Notes under the pieces: generated by a model
Databases searched by the model: none
What the model saw: only the letters and a program-made list of their open reading frames with translations
Told to the model about the DNA's origin: nothing
Shown: positions 1 to 12,759 of the stretch, piece by piece
Position numbering within the stretch: the stretch's first letter is position 1
Layout of the letters: every line of letters begins with the position of its first letter
Made by a program: the position numbers and the translations under genes
NCBI RefSeq assembly: GCF_963921235.1
Contig: NC_086108.1
Span: 78,432,001 to 78,496,000 of the forward strand
Direction of reading: 5' to 3'
DNA: 64,000 bases
Source of the DNA: Mobula hypostoma
Lineage: Eukaryota

Positions 1-759
1 GTGTATGACTTTGCAGCAAATCCATAATAGAATTCAAAGAAGCAAGGAAATCATCCTTTTTAGTACCTCTGGCCCTCCTTGTATCCATAATGAAAGAATG
101 TCACACTTAAAAAAGAAGTTTCAAGACATGTTGGAAATAGTAAGAAAATTAGAGTTTTAGCAACTGCAGATTGCTGTTACTCTATCAGCCACCACCAGGA
201 AAAGTGCACTTTTTGCCTGGATTAAATTTAAATTCTCATCTTACAGTATCATATTTAAATGTTCATTTTGTCATACAGATCATCTAGCTATGCCACATCT
301 CCACGAAGAAATTCAATCTTGTTTCCCAAGCTCTTGTCAACTTTTGAGCAAAAATTCAACCAGTGTCAAAAAAAAATCCAAGAAACATTTTAAGCAGCAG
401 CCTTTTGACAGCCAATACACTTCAGTGTGAAAAGCACTCAAACTCTTCTTTGATATCTTGGCATAACTGGTGAAATACTCTGCTATGCAATGGTTGAGTT
501 TTAATTTTGTTGATTGCTGATATTACAACAGTCATGCTTGAAAAAAGTCACTGGTTCAGCTTTTTTTTGCTGTGAGATGTTGATGATGAATTACACAATG
601 AATTACAAACGGACTTGGAATTTCTATTTACATAAGTGCCACTAAACCAGCATGGCAACCTGTCATATATGATTTTCCATCAAGAAATCATGTTCCTAAT
701 CAGAATATCTTTATCCTCAATATACATTTTGAGCTCATTATAGATTGATTCTCCATTGA
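1..759 (-). mobile_element. Decayed hAT (Buster/SCAND3/ZBED8-like) transposase remnant, part 1
   Basis: 259-500 is clearly homologous to the hAT transposase segment at 26333-26590 (shared AATGTTCATTTTGTCATACAGATCA...TATGCCACATCTCCAC). Across the Tigger insertion it rejoins 2271+ to read ...LETNINGESI on the minus strand. Confidence 0.75.
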
Positions 760-761
760 TA

Positions 762-2268
762 CAGGTTAAGCCAAAATGTCGTAAAGCAAAGAAGCAATTA
801 CCATTTATTTATATGGGAAAATTTTGTGAGCGTTCGCAGACCCAAAATTAACCTACCAAATCATGCCAAATAACACATAAAACCTAAAATAACAGTAACA
901 TATAGTAAAAGCAGGAATAATATGATACAGCCTATATAAAGTAGAAATACTTTTCCACAATCATTACTGCGCTGTTCGCCGAAGCAAAAATCTCACGCAA
1001 GCGCTGTTGGCAAAAACATGGCGCAAGCGCTCTCCAGTAACCTTTAAGCTATGAAGCTGCCAAGTCATACCAAATAACACGTAAAAATACACAGCCTATA
1101 TAAAGTAGAAATAATGTATGTACAGTGTAGTATCACTTACCGGAATTGGTTCAGCGCCGAGCACACTGATGATGGTGTGTTAGACTGAGTCGTCGCAGGG
1201 TGGGGTGGTGCAGTGGCCCCCACCCTCCAGACCGCCGACCGATACATTGCCGTGAAGCACACAGGGGTCCAGCGGTAGCCGGGAGGCACCCAGCACATCT
1301 TTAAGAAAAAAGCCGAAATAAACACGCTAATTAATTAGGTGCTGCCCGACACATAATTGTTAGCCCAGATCAGTGCCGATTGCATCGCCTCTGATCTGGA
1401 CCTTTACATGTGGGGCGGCACCTAATTAGCATGTTTATTTCGGCTTTTTTCTTAAAGATGTGCTGTGTGCCTCCCGGCTACCGCTGCATTCTCCGCGAAT
1501 CGGTACAGTACCTGTCCGCGGCCTGGGTGTTGGGGTGGTGGGACACTGGGGTGTCATCTCGTCGTCTGTTTCCATTAGAGCAGGCGGCTCATCTTCTCCT
1601 ATGACTGCCCACCTTGATGTCGAAGGTCAAGGTTCGTCGTCTGCTGTGGCTGATGTGGAAGACTTGCTCGACTGCTGAGCCTCGCGCATTTTTCTATCAT
1701 ACAGTTCTTTGTAAGGACTCAAACCATCTTGCAAATATCCCCTAAACCTACGTACCCTTTCAGAATTAAAGTCGTACTTTATCATTACTTATTCGGTTTC
1801 GATTATTATCCTTTCCTCTTCCAATTGCATCAGCTCTTCATCTATCAGTTCTTGGTCATGGGATGCCAAAACCTCTTCAACATCATCTTCGTCAGCTTCC
1901 ACAAGCCAAACTCACTTAGTTCCTACTTTGTTCACCATGATCAAAACGCTTAATTATGTCTAATTTTACACTAAGTGTAACACCCTTACGAGCTCTTTCA
2001 GGCTTTTCCAATACCTCAGAACTCATCTTGCTAACGACTGCTTACAGGCACGTGTTTAAGCAATGCCAGCTAGAATGCAGTTCCGAATCCGGGCGAGAGC
2101 GGCTGCTCAGGGCATAGGCTGCCTTTTATCGCGTGCTGATTTTTTCGCGCGCTGATATTTTTCTTAACAGTGAAAACACCTTCTGTTAGCAAAAACAGGG
2201 TACTAATGTAGGTCTTTTGTAACAGTGAGGTTTCGTAAAGCGAACGTTTGAAAAGCAGGGGACACCTG
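762..2268 (-). mobile_element. Tigger/pogo-type DNA transposon, non-autonomous internally deleted copy
   Basis: Termini TA|CAGGT...ACCTG|TA (TA at 760-761 and 2269-2270). Homologous in reverse to 19200-20362, including a transposase C-terminal fragment (FVEADEDDVEEVLASHDQELIDEELMQLEE on the minus strand near 1820-1905). Confidence 0.85.
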
Positions 2269-2270
2269 TA

Positions 2271-2950
2271 TTTGTTTCTAACTTTTTACAAAACAAAATC
2301 TCTTCATAAACTTTTCCATTTTTGATAAACCGTACATATGCCATTAGCAATGCTTTGTTGTGTCACACAATTGACTCATCCAGTTGTATCCCAAATTCCG
2401 TTTTGTGTGGCTCTGTGCATTGCTGATACTCAATTACTTCACTCATTTTGTAAATACAATAAGCCACAGAGTTATTACTCAGAGGAATTGATTTTGAAAT
2501 GCTGGTATCCATTTTGAGAACTTCATGTATCAGAAGTGAGCACTTCTGATACATGATGCATTAATAACCTTTCATCAATTGTATGAGATTTTCAGCACTT
2601 TGCTATCATTTTGGAAATGTTCTAAGAAGCAATGAGACCACTATCGAGGTCATTTTTAGCTTTCTTAGCAAGTGACTTGAATGTGCAATGCTTTTCAAAT
2701 TCTTTCATCTTCTGGAAATGAGTAATACCATAAGTAGCCTTTCTGGGGTGTCTTTTACAGAAGTCCTCCTGCAACCTTGATGGTTTCATTATACAGTACA
2801 GTGCTACAAATAAGACAGATAAGCCGTCACTGATCTAACGGGAACAGAATAAAAGCATACTCCAGGTACGTAACATTGTATTGCTGCACCTTCTGTAGTT
2901 TCTGCTTCTTAGCAATATCGAAATTCAAGGCTTCTCTGCCTTCAGATTCA
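2271..2950 (-). mobile_element. Decayed hAT transposase remnant, part 2 (N-terminal side)
   Basis: Minus-strand peptides IPLSNNSVA and EFGIQLDES...LLMAYVRF match hAT/SCAND3-type motifs (PLSNDTV, FALQLDES, LLVYVRY); frameshifted. Confidence 0.75.
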
Positions 2951-3032
2951 GAGATCGTGCCATACATATTTATCCATCATTAATAGGGCTAAATTAAAAT
3001 AAAAAATTAACACAGACTGGGAATGCCTATCG

Positions 3033-4240
3033 CAGGGGTCCCCAACCTTTTTTGCAACGCGGACCAGTTTATTATTGACAATATCCTTGCGGACCAGCTG
3101 AACAGTCGGGGGGGTTGGTGGTAGGGTTGCCAACGGACAAGAGCAGCAGTCAAATACGTTGTGTTTACCCCGAGAAAGACTACCATGACCATGAAGCCTT
3201 GCACGGACACCAGTGCGCATGCATGTACATGCCGATTTTTTCCTATAAATCATTTTTGGCGATTCTGTTCGAGGGGGCGTGTTAATCACGACTGGAATAT
3301 ACGTGATAAGTGGCTAATACACTCAATTTTGTTTCTAAAAGGGTTTATCTAACGAATTTAATATTAAACACACCGCGCATATTTTCCTCGCATGACTATA
3401 GTGATAAGTCATTCATCAGGGGAGGACAGGGGAGCTTGAAGTAAGTGTTGAACAAACTTCCAGTAGAAGTGGTAGAGGCTGGTCCGATATTATCATTTAA
3501 AGAAAGATTGGATAGGTATATGGACAGGAAAGGAATGGAGGGTTATGGGCTGAGTGCAAGTCGGTGGGACTAGGTGAAAGTAGCTTTCGGCATGGACTAG
3601 AAGGGCCGAGATGGCCTGTTTCCGTGCTGTAATTGTTATATGGTTATATAAGTCACTTATAAGTCAATAGCATCATAACATTTTAAGTAATGTTTGGATA
3701 TTAAACACACAGCGCATATTTTCCCTGTATGAACATATAAAATCATTGCAACACACCAATATCGCTGAACCAGTGGGAGCCCTGGGCTGAATACTTGTTC
3801 CCTGCAACAAAACGGTGCCATCGAGGGGTGATGGGAGACAGTGATACTCGAAGGAGGTTCCTTATGTCCAGTCTATTCTGCAATTTAGTTTTCGTTGCAT
3901 TCATTGCAGAGATATGTTGGAAATGGAAGCAACGTTTTCAGTGCTTTTGTGGCTATCTCAGGATATTTAGCCTTGACTTTGATCCAGAACGTCGGCAGAG
4001 ATGTTATGTCAAACATACTTTTCAGTCCACCGTCATTTGCAAGCTCGACAATCTCCTTCCTGACATGGATGATGCGTGGGTAATGACCTCGCGTGCGTTC
4101 AAGCTCAACAGTGCACGTGACAGGGAACGAGGAAAGGTGCAGCTGACTCATATCGCCAAATCATATTGTTTCGTCGCGGCCCAGTAGCACATGCTTTGCG
4201 GCCCGGTACCGGTCCGCAGCCCGGTGGTTGGGGACCGCTG
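3033..4240 (-). mobile_element. Non-autonomous hAT (Charlie-like) element with TIRs and 8-bp TSD
   Basis: TIRs CAGGGGTCCCCAACC / GGTTGGGGACCGCTG; TSD GCCTATCG (3025-3032) and GCCTGTCG (4241-4248). Dimerisation-domain fragment FWIKVKAKYPEIATKALKTLLPFPTYLC at ~3900-4050. Contains a CR1 3'-end fragment at ~3445-3650. Confidence 0.9.
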
Positions 4241-6224
4241 GCCTGTCGGATGTTGACAATGGCAGTGACGTGACATGGATGGAACAATGGGAGTAGCACA
4301 CAAAGGAATGGCAAGGCAAAGATGAAGACGATCACAAAAAACAAAAATTACATTGGCAAGGATTCAGATTCGGTCTGAATGTTAGTTGGGATACAACTGA
4401 TGTTCAGCATGCTACCTTTATACTATTCCAGTTAGCATGATCACATAAGGTCTCCTAATTCCTAACGGGGGTTCTTAACCACATATTTGAAGCAGAGGTT
4501 GCTTTGAACACCTCAAGAGGAAATCTCGGGGTTGGCAGGTTCACTGATTGGCTTTAATTCATCGTTTAGTTCCAGTCAGCACTCTTCTCATTGTGCAACC
4601 TGCTTTCTGTAGATCTGTAGAGAAAGTTGAGCGGGTGTACTTGACCTACCAACTGTTAAACTGCATGAACTCATTCCGTGCTGTGAGTGAAGGGGAACTG
4701 TTGGGTACCCTGGTTACTATTTTATGCATCCCCAATAACATCTGTTTGGTTGGTAAAGTCAGATGAGATTGTCGAATTTCAGACGTGTTGTGATGACGAG
4801 TGCTCACTGCCTGCAGAGCTATGGTTCTTCCTGCATTCCAGTGCCTCATCCTTTTTTGGAATTGCCTGCTCTACTAACGGTCAGTCAGGTCTCGTGTCTC
4901 AAATTAGGGTGCTGCTTACTTTCTCCCCCCCCCCAAACAATCTTGAACAGCTCCTGACAATTTCTATTTTCCCTAACACCCACTTCGGACACATAACCGC
5001 CCCGGTTGGGAATCACTGGTCCAAGCTATTCAATATTCAGCAGGTTTCATTGTGACCACCCCTTATTTTTCTAAACTCCAAATATTTTCTGTTTAGAAAA
5101 TAGTATACATTTTTATTCCTTCTACCAAAGTGCATGACCATACGCTTCCCAACACTATATTCCATCTAACAACACACACAAAAAGTGCTGGTGAACGCAG
5201 CAGGCCAGACAGCATCTATAGGAAGAAGTACAGTCAACGTTTCGGGCCCCATCTGCTACTTATTTTCTCAATCAGTCCAAGTTCTTCAGCAGACTTTTTT
5301 TATGTACTAGATAAAAGCACCTGCAATTTTATTTCTTCATTTTCTCACTTTCCCAGTTCTGACAAAGGGTCTTGAACCTAATCTTTAACTCCACTTCTCT
5401 TCCCTGAAATGCAACCGGATATGCTGTTTGTTTTCAGCATGTTGTATATAGATTTCAGTTCTCCAGTTTCTGTAGTATTTTACTTTTCATCAACTGATAT
5501 GGTCATAGTTTAAATATTGTCTAATTCATTGCAAAACTCAAAGTAAAGGATTTACTTAAGGATTTAGAAATATGAAGTCTAGAAAATGTTACATATGGAC
5601 TCATCTGGACTTAAGTTCCAAACAAACCACGACAAAGAAAGCCAAATTAAAAATACTTAAGTGGTAACAGACTTAACAAACATCAAGTAAACTTCAAAAA
5701 AGAAATCTAGCTATTCAACAGAAACAGATAAATGGACCAAGCAGTGCATCATTTCCAAAGTGAGATGCTGAAACTTTATAGATTATATCATTCCTGATAC
5801 AGCAAGAAAACACTTCACAGTTTCAAAATGTACTTTAATGTTCAGAGAGGCAATAAAATGTTCATTGTCAACAAGACTGTATTTCACTTGGATGGGAATT
5901 GACAAGCATATTTTTGCCATGCTTTCCATTTTTCTTTACATTCTTCATACTCCTTGCACTTTATGCTTGGGGTTAAATAACTTCAGATACATTTGCAACT
6001 TCTTTAGACTCTGCTTAAAAATAGGAATGGTGTAAGCCAATCCCTTTCTCAAGCTTGTCTCCCATTTCCTTTGATCACAGTTCATCCATTATTGTTTCAT
6101 ATTTCTTGAAATCTTAACAACTAAACAGTCTTTAAATGCATAAATTTCATTTAACATTTTGTATCATAGAAATTTGTTGTGCAGGAGGCCATTCAGACAT
6201 GCTCATCCATGCTAGCCAAAACAT

Positions 6225-7228
6225 AGACAAATGCTTTTCAGGACATCGGAAATGTCCTCCTTCTTCAAAGAATGGGGCTTCCCTTCCTCCACCATTGATG
6301 CTGCCCTCACCCGCATATCTTCCATTTCCCAGGCATCCGCGCTCACATCTTCCCACTGCCTTAATAGGGATGGAGTTCCTCTAGCCCTCACCTACTACAA
6401 CGAGCCTTTGCATCCGACACATCTTTCTCTGCAACATCTGCCATCTTCAATGGGACTGTCCACCAAACACACCTCCCACAAACCCCCTCCCACTCTCTGC
6501 TTTCTACTGAGAACACTCCCTCTGTGATTCCCTTGTCTGTTAATTCCTCCCCACTAATCTCCCTCCTGGCACTTATCCCTGCAAGTGGAAGAAATGCTAC
6601 ACCTGCCCATTTACCTTCTTCCTCACCTCCATATCTGTTGGGGTTGTCTACTGCATCCAGTGCTCCCGATGCTGATTCCTCTACATTGGTGAGACCTGAC
6701 ATAGATCGGGGTCAGCTTAGTCGAGCCCTTACACTCCACCTGCAAAAAGCAGGATTTCCTGGTGGTTAACCATTTCAATTCCAATTCCCATTCCGACACG
6801 ATGAGGCCACTCTCAGATTAAAAGAGCAACACCTTATATTCCATCTAGGTAGCCACACCACTAAATTTTCCCCTCCTACTTTACTCTTCTTCTCCCCAAC
6901 TGCCTACCACCTTCCTTTGGTGCCCCTCCTCCTTCTCTATCACCCATGGTCCACTCTCCTCTCTTCTCAAATTCCTTCTTCTCCAACCCTTTACTTTTTC
7001 CACCTATCACCTCCCAGCTTCTATCTTCATACCCCACCCCACACCCCTGGTTTTCACCTTCTAGTTTGTACTACTTTTTTCCCCCTACCCCCACCACTTT
7101 CTTATTTTGGCATCTTCTCCCTTCCTTTCCATTCCTGATGAAGGGTCTCGGTCCAAAACATTGACTGTTTGTTTATTTCCATAGATGCTGTATGACCTGC
7201 TGAGCCTCCAGCATTTTGTGTAGGTTAC
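6225..7228 (+). mobile_element. Penelope-like element (PLE), 5'-truncated: RT C-terminal linker, GIY-YIG endonuclease remnant and pseudo-LTR
   Basis: RTSEMSSFFKEWGFPSSTIDAALTRISS...VPLALTY; VYCIQCSRC*FLYIGET (GIY-YIG) near 6645-6696; LKEQHLIFHLGS; pyrimidine-rich 3' region ending in the CTGATGAAGGGTCTCGG terminal motif. Confidence 0.85.
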
Positions 7229-8067
7229 TTAACTAATCTGACTTCTCTTCACCTTGCTCACAACACTCTACTGTAGCTCACAGATCTTTAAGTGCTCATT
7301 GAAGGACATTCATTCACCTTATTTTCTTATTTACACTTTGTTCTTTTTAAACATATTTCTTTTTTAGTCTAAGGTATTAAGGGTCAAGTTACCCTTGTTT
7401 CTGAGCGTTCAGGCTCAGTACTGAAGTGATTCTAACTGTCAACTGTATGCCAGATCCAAGGTTCCTCTTCTTCCTTGTCAACTGTTGGTCTCCAGAGTTG
7501 TCTCTGCCCAGATACTAAATCTTTATTTTGTTCTGTTTTTACAACAATCTTTCAGAATGTTGGAACTCCCCAAATCTTAATTGATCTAATCATTCACAGG
7601 GAAATATGAAATTGCTCCTGACAATTTCCCCATGTGGGTCTCATGACCACATTTTTGCCACATAAGCATTTCACTGTTTTTAGCCTTAGCCTCCAGTTAT
7701 TTCTTATGACCATAGTCTTCTGTCTACTATTTTTGAGCTTGGATAACAAAGAGATGTTTCAAAGCATTCCCATCATTTCTTAACTCAATACCACCATACC
7801 CCTGTTGTTCTGTGGATTACAACTTACTGAAGCCAACTAACTCCCTAGCCAAAATAGGAAGGCCCAGCTTCAATGACAGCTCATTTACTACCGTTGATTT
7901 CTCTATGACTTGATTACTTTAATTATGAATCAGGAATTATTTTGAGAAGTACAGTATGGATATAGGTCCTTTAACCCAATTAATCCATTCCGAACGTGGT
8001 GCCCACCCAGTTGGTCCCAATTTCCTGCATTCATCCCATATCCCTCTAAGCCCCATACCTTCATGTA

Positions 8068-9695
8068 CAGTGGTGCTAGTAAGTTTGTGAACCCCGTACA
8101 ATTTTCTCTATTTCTGCATAAATATGACTTAAAATGCATTAAGATCTTCATGCAAATCCTGAAGCTAGAAACAGAAAACTCAATTAAATAAATAACAAAA
8201 ATATTATACTTATTCATTCATTTATTGAGAAAAATATCTAATATTACATGTATTTGTTGGAAAAAGTATGTGAACCTTTGCTTTCAGTAACCGATGTGAC
8301 CTCCTTGTACAGCAATAACTTCAACCAAATGTTTCCAGTAACCGTTGGTCAGTCCTGCACATCAGCTTGGAGGAATTTTAGGCCATTCCTCCTTACAAAA
8401 CTGCTTCAACTCTGGGATGTTGGTGGGTTTCCTTGCATAAACTGCTTGCTTCACATCCTTCCACAACATTTCTATAGGATGAAGATCAGGACTTTGACTC
8501 GGCCATTCCAAAACACAAATATTCTTTTTTGAACTATTCTGTTCTTGAGTTACTCTTGTCTTTCAGATCATTAACTTGTTGCATTATCCAACTTCAATTA
8601 AGCTTCAGGTGACAGACTGCTACCCTAACATTCTTCAGTAAAATGTCTTGATAAAATTTTGAATTCATTGTTTTCTCAATGACTGCAAGCTATCCAGGAT
8701 CTGAGGCAGCAAAGCAGCCCCAAACCATGATGCTCCTTCCACCATGCTTCACAGCTGGGATGAGACTAAGGTGTTGATATACAGTGCCCTTTATCCTCCA
8801 AACATAGCAATGCGCATTTCTGCCAAAATGTCAACTTTTGTTTCATTTGTCCACGGAACATTGTCCCAGAAGCATTGTAGAACATCCAAGTGGTCTTTTG
8901 CAAACTTGAGATGTGCAGCAATGTTTTTTTTGGAGAGCAGTGGTTTTCTCTGTGGTGTCCTTCCATGGACACCATTCTTGATCAGTTTTTTCTTATAGTG
9001 GACAGGTGAACAGAGACTTTAGCAAGTTCTTAAGATTTCTGCAGTAACTTTGCTGTTACCCTTGCATTCTTTTTCACCTCCTTCAGCATTGCATGTTGTG
9101 CTCTTGATGTGATCCTTGCAGGATGCCCACTCCTAGGGAGAGTAGCAACAGTACTGAGTTTCCTCCATTTGTAGACTACTTCGCTTACTGTGGATTCATA
9201 AACATGCAGGTCTTTTGAAATGCTTTTGTAACCTTTTCCAGCTTCATGCATCTCTACAATTCTTCTTCTAAAGTCTGTCAAAAGTTGTTTTGATTGATAA
9301 ATGGTGCACATAAACAGATCTTTCTTGAGAACAGCAGGCTCTATCAGTAATCTGACTTTGTATGTGTCTTTTTTATAAGGCAGGGCACCTCTACAACCCA
9401 CATCTCCACAACCCACACCTCCAATCTCATCTCATTGACTGGAACACCTGACTCCAAATAGCTGTTGTAGAAGGCATTCCTCCAGAGGTTCACTTACTTT
9501 TTCCAACAAATTCATGTAATATTGGATCATTTTTCTCAATAAATAAATGAAAAAGTATAATTTTTTGTGCTATTTATTTAATTGGGTTCTCTTTATCTAG
9601 GTTTAGGACACGTGAAGATATGATCACATTTTGGATCATATTTATGCAGAAATATAGAAAATTTTACAGGATTCACAAACTTTCTGGCACCAATG
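8068..9695 (-). mobile_element. Tc1/mariner transposon (IR/DR type, Sleeping Beauty/Frog Prince-like), decayed
   Basis: TA flanks (8066-8067, 9696-9697). Imperfect TIRs of ~210 bp starting CAGTGGTGCTAGTAAGTTTGTGAACC, with inner direct repeat AAAGTATGTGAACC. Paired-like HTH peptide RRRIVEMHEAGKGYKSISKDL...VYKWRKLSTVATLPRSGHPARIT; remainder frameshifted. Confidence 0.92.
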
Positions 9696-9697
9696 TA

Positions 9698-12340
9698 GCT
9701 GCTTACTATGCTTCCTAGAGGTCAGTGTGTACAGTGCGTTCCCTGCGGATTATATTGGTATGATTTTCGAAGCTTCTCTTAGTACTGCACTATTTGAATA
9801 AGTGCTTTCTCATTGGTTAACTCTTATCTTCAAATCTGAATGGGATTTTCCTGATCTATGGGTATAAAAGAGCTGACCATGAGGCCAGCACCACCTTAGT
9901 CTATCAGCTTTTTGTCTTTCCCTGCCCTTAGTAGGTCCAAGTAGAAATTGCTTGTTTCAATTTCTCTTTCTTCTAACAATGCTTAATAAAACAATTGTGA
10001 AGCAACAAGTTCTGTGCCTCTTTCCTGACTTCTGAAAGAACTTTAGATTGAAACATCAGAATCCAACAATTGGCATAGTCTGCAAGCATAGCAAAGTTTA
10101 AGGACTTGGAACAATCGTAGACAAAGTGCAATTTTTATCGTGCAACAAAAGTAATAACAACCTCCTCTGTTCCAACTTGTCTGAGAAAGCTTAATTCTGG
10201 CTTCAACATAATCAGATGGGAGTTAAGAGTGAAGAACTGCTTCATTGCTATTTTTAAAAAAACTGATCTAGAAAAAAGAAACACAAGCTGGTAGAGCCAC
10301 ATGCAAGCCAGTAGAGTGCAGATTAAATATGTAAGCTAGTAGAGCATAAATGTGTGCAAGCTAGCAAGGAAAAACTTAAAATTTTGGTTGCAACCTATTA
10401 ATACTTTGAGATCACGGTCAAAGTAAAATGAAGTATGTATAAATTAATATCAAATTAAAACTATGGCCAAAAATCACGAAACCCACTAAGAGCTCTTAAC
10501 TGAATAAGACATCTGTTTGATAAAATTAATGACAAAGTCTGGATGTAATATACCAACAATGTTAAGTTTATTAAAATCCAGAGAATTGCTGAAGGAAAGG
10601 AAAAGCCTGGAATGATTACTACTGATGTAGAGAAAAGATCGCATATTCAGTTTGGTCTAATATACGAGCAAATTAAAAGGTTGACAAGGTGAGTAAAGAC
10701 TTTTACTAATTGAAAGAGATGCAAAACATGATAAACAGCATAATTTAGTACAAAGATAGTATGATATAGGCAGTAAGATATCTTAAGAGCAAATTTCTGC
10801 ATTAACCAAATGAGCAGAAGAACAACTTGGTAGTTCAACCAAAGTGCATCATACATAGCTCAGAAGCAAACTGAAACAATATGGAGAAACTGAACAGGAT
10901 CTCCACGGGGACAGTCCTGCTAATGACGCATCCACTGACAATTCCTGTGACAATGCATTAAGAATACCTGACGTGGTTGAACTATTTACCCTGTATGTTA
11001 ACAAGAAACACACTATGGCAGTCTTAAGAACATAGAGAGAGACAGCATCATTTTGGTTGTTACTCTGCCAAAGGTCTGTACATTGATGGCTCCTCATGAT
11101 TGAGAGATGAATTTAAATGGTTGCTTCTGGAACTGAAGTGCTGGTATCAGGAAGCATGGCTCCTGGTACCTCTGCTCAACAGGCAAAACCAAAAGCTTTG
11201 ATTGAATCCCGCAAGTTGGCAGGAGGAAGATCAGCTAATACCTACACTGATTCTCAATATGCTTTTGGAGTTGTCCATATTTTTGGAAACATAGATACAC
11301 TGAGAGCATCTTTCAGCTGTAGGAAAACCAATTACAAGCACTATGCGAACTAGTACAAGGAATTATGGATTTCATACAACTGCCAGAGGTTGCTGTATTA
11401 AAATGTAAAAGCCACTTCAAAATGACTACAATGGAAAGCCATGGAAATGTATTTTCAGATGAAACAGCAAAAAGGGCAGCACAGAAAGAAATAAAAGAAG
11501 TACCAAGAACATATGCAGTGAACCCAACAACTGGAATTATGAAAACAAAGTTGAAATCTGTATCACATAAAAACATACAGTACAAGATATTTGAGGGATG
11601 CAAGTTCAATGCTCTAATCAGGAAAATTGGCTCTGGATGGAGAATGGTGAGAGGTTAAAAAGCGATGGAGCATGGAGGTATGGCACTTGTCAGACTAGTA
11701 GCTCTATGTTGCTTTCTTATCTAGCACACACTGGAGTGCAAAAGATGATCGACAGATTCTCCCAATGGTGGTGAATCCAAATATCAGGCTACAAGCTTGA
11801 CAAACATCTGAAAGATACATGACATGCCAGAAAACAAATCCTGGAGCAGCAGAGAAGTTATCACAATTAAGTGTTCCTGTCCCACCTACTCCATTTTTAC
11901 ACTTACAAATGGACTATATTACTTTATCAAAGTGTCTAAAATATTCAGGTGTACTAAGACATAATGGACAAGTTTTCAAGATGGGTGGAAGCTACCTCCA
12001 GCAAGAAAAGCCACTGCCACACACACAGCAAAAACTCTGATCAAGGACCAACTTCCTAGAAGGGGACTGCCACGTCACATTGACTCTGACCAAGGAAGAT
12101 ATTTCACTGGGACTGTTTGTCAGGAATTATGTTGACTGATGAACATTGAATGGTCTTTTCATTGTCCATATCACTCAGAGTCATCAGGAAAAGTCAAATA
12201 AATGAAAGGAATCATCAAACAGCTAAGAATCATGAGGTTGCTGTATCATGGCCTACAGCTCTTCCTATAGTCTTACATAGCATCAGAGTAAACCCAACAA
12301 GAAAACTAAACTAAGTCCAAGATGATAACAGGGTGCCTGC
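9698..12340 (+). mobile_element. Endogenous retrovirus remnant (class I-like): partial 5' LTR, PBS, RNase H and integrase
   Basis: ATTGG 9812, TATAAAA 9863, AATAAA 9985, LTR end ...CA 10068, PBS-like TGGCATAGTCTGCAAG at 10071. RNase H motifs YIDGSS, TSAQQAK, YTDSQYAFGVVHIFG, VAVLKCKSH, GNVFSDETAKRAA. Integrase motifs PFLHLQMDYI, GLPRHIDSDQGRYFTG, HCPYHSESSGKV. Left boundary uncertain. Confidence 0.8.
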
Positions 12341-12759
12341 CTTATGTCACATGCAAGTACACTTAAATTCATCCATACTGCAGCAGTATCTCTCTATTTA
12401 AACAATGAAATGAATTACACACCATATATGTACATACCATATATATTCATCACACAGAGTTGCAGGAAAAAAACAGCAAGTCTTTGTGAAGTAAATTGTT
12501 TTATCAGCATTCATGGGTTAGTACATGATTGTAAACTTCCAATCTACAGCAGAACAGCTCTGAAAACCCATGAACAGAGGCCTAATCAGTCCCCTTCACT
12601 AGAGTGAACGTCCTCTCATTGAACAACTTTTTCTTTAACCCAATTTGCCCACTACAAATTAAAACTGAAACTATGAAAACTTGAAGGGGTCTTTCTTTGT
12701 GAGATAACATATATGGACATCTTCATGTCCGTGCTGTAATTGTTATATGGTTATAGTAT

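Noticed and set aside
4400..4910. Possible Gypsy gag remnant on the minus strand
   Set aside because: Only a vague resemblance, with no intact motif I can defend without a search.
7392..7514. Candidate downstream CCDC24 exon (AG...GT-bounded open frame on the minus strand)
   Set aside because: The translation does not resemble CCDC24, and nearby GHETHMG (~7628-7650) suggests a decayed LTR-element integrase. Later CCDC24 exons were not found and may lie left of the window.
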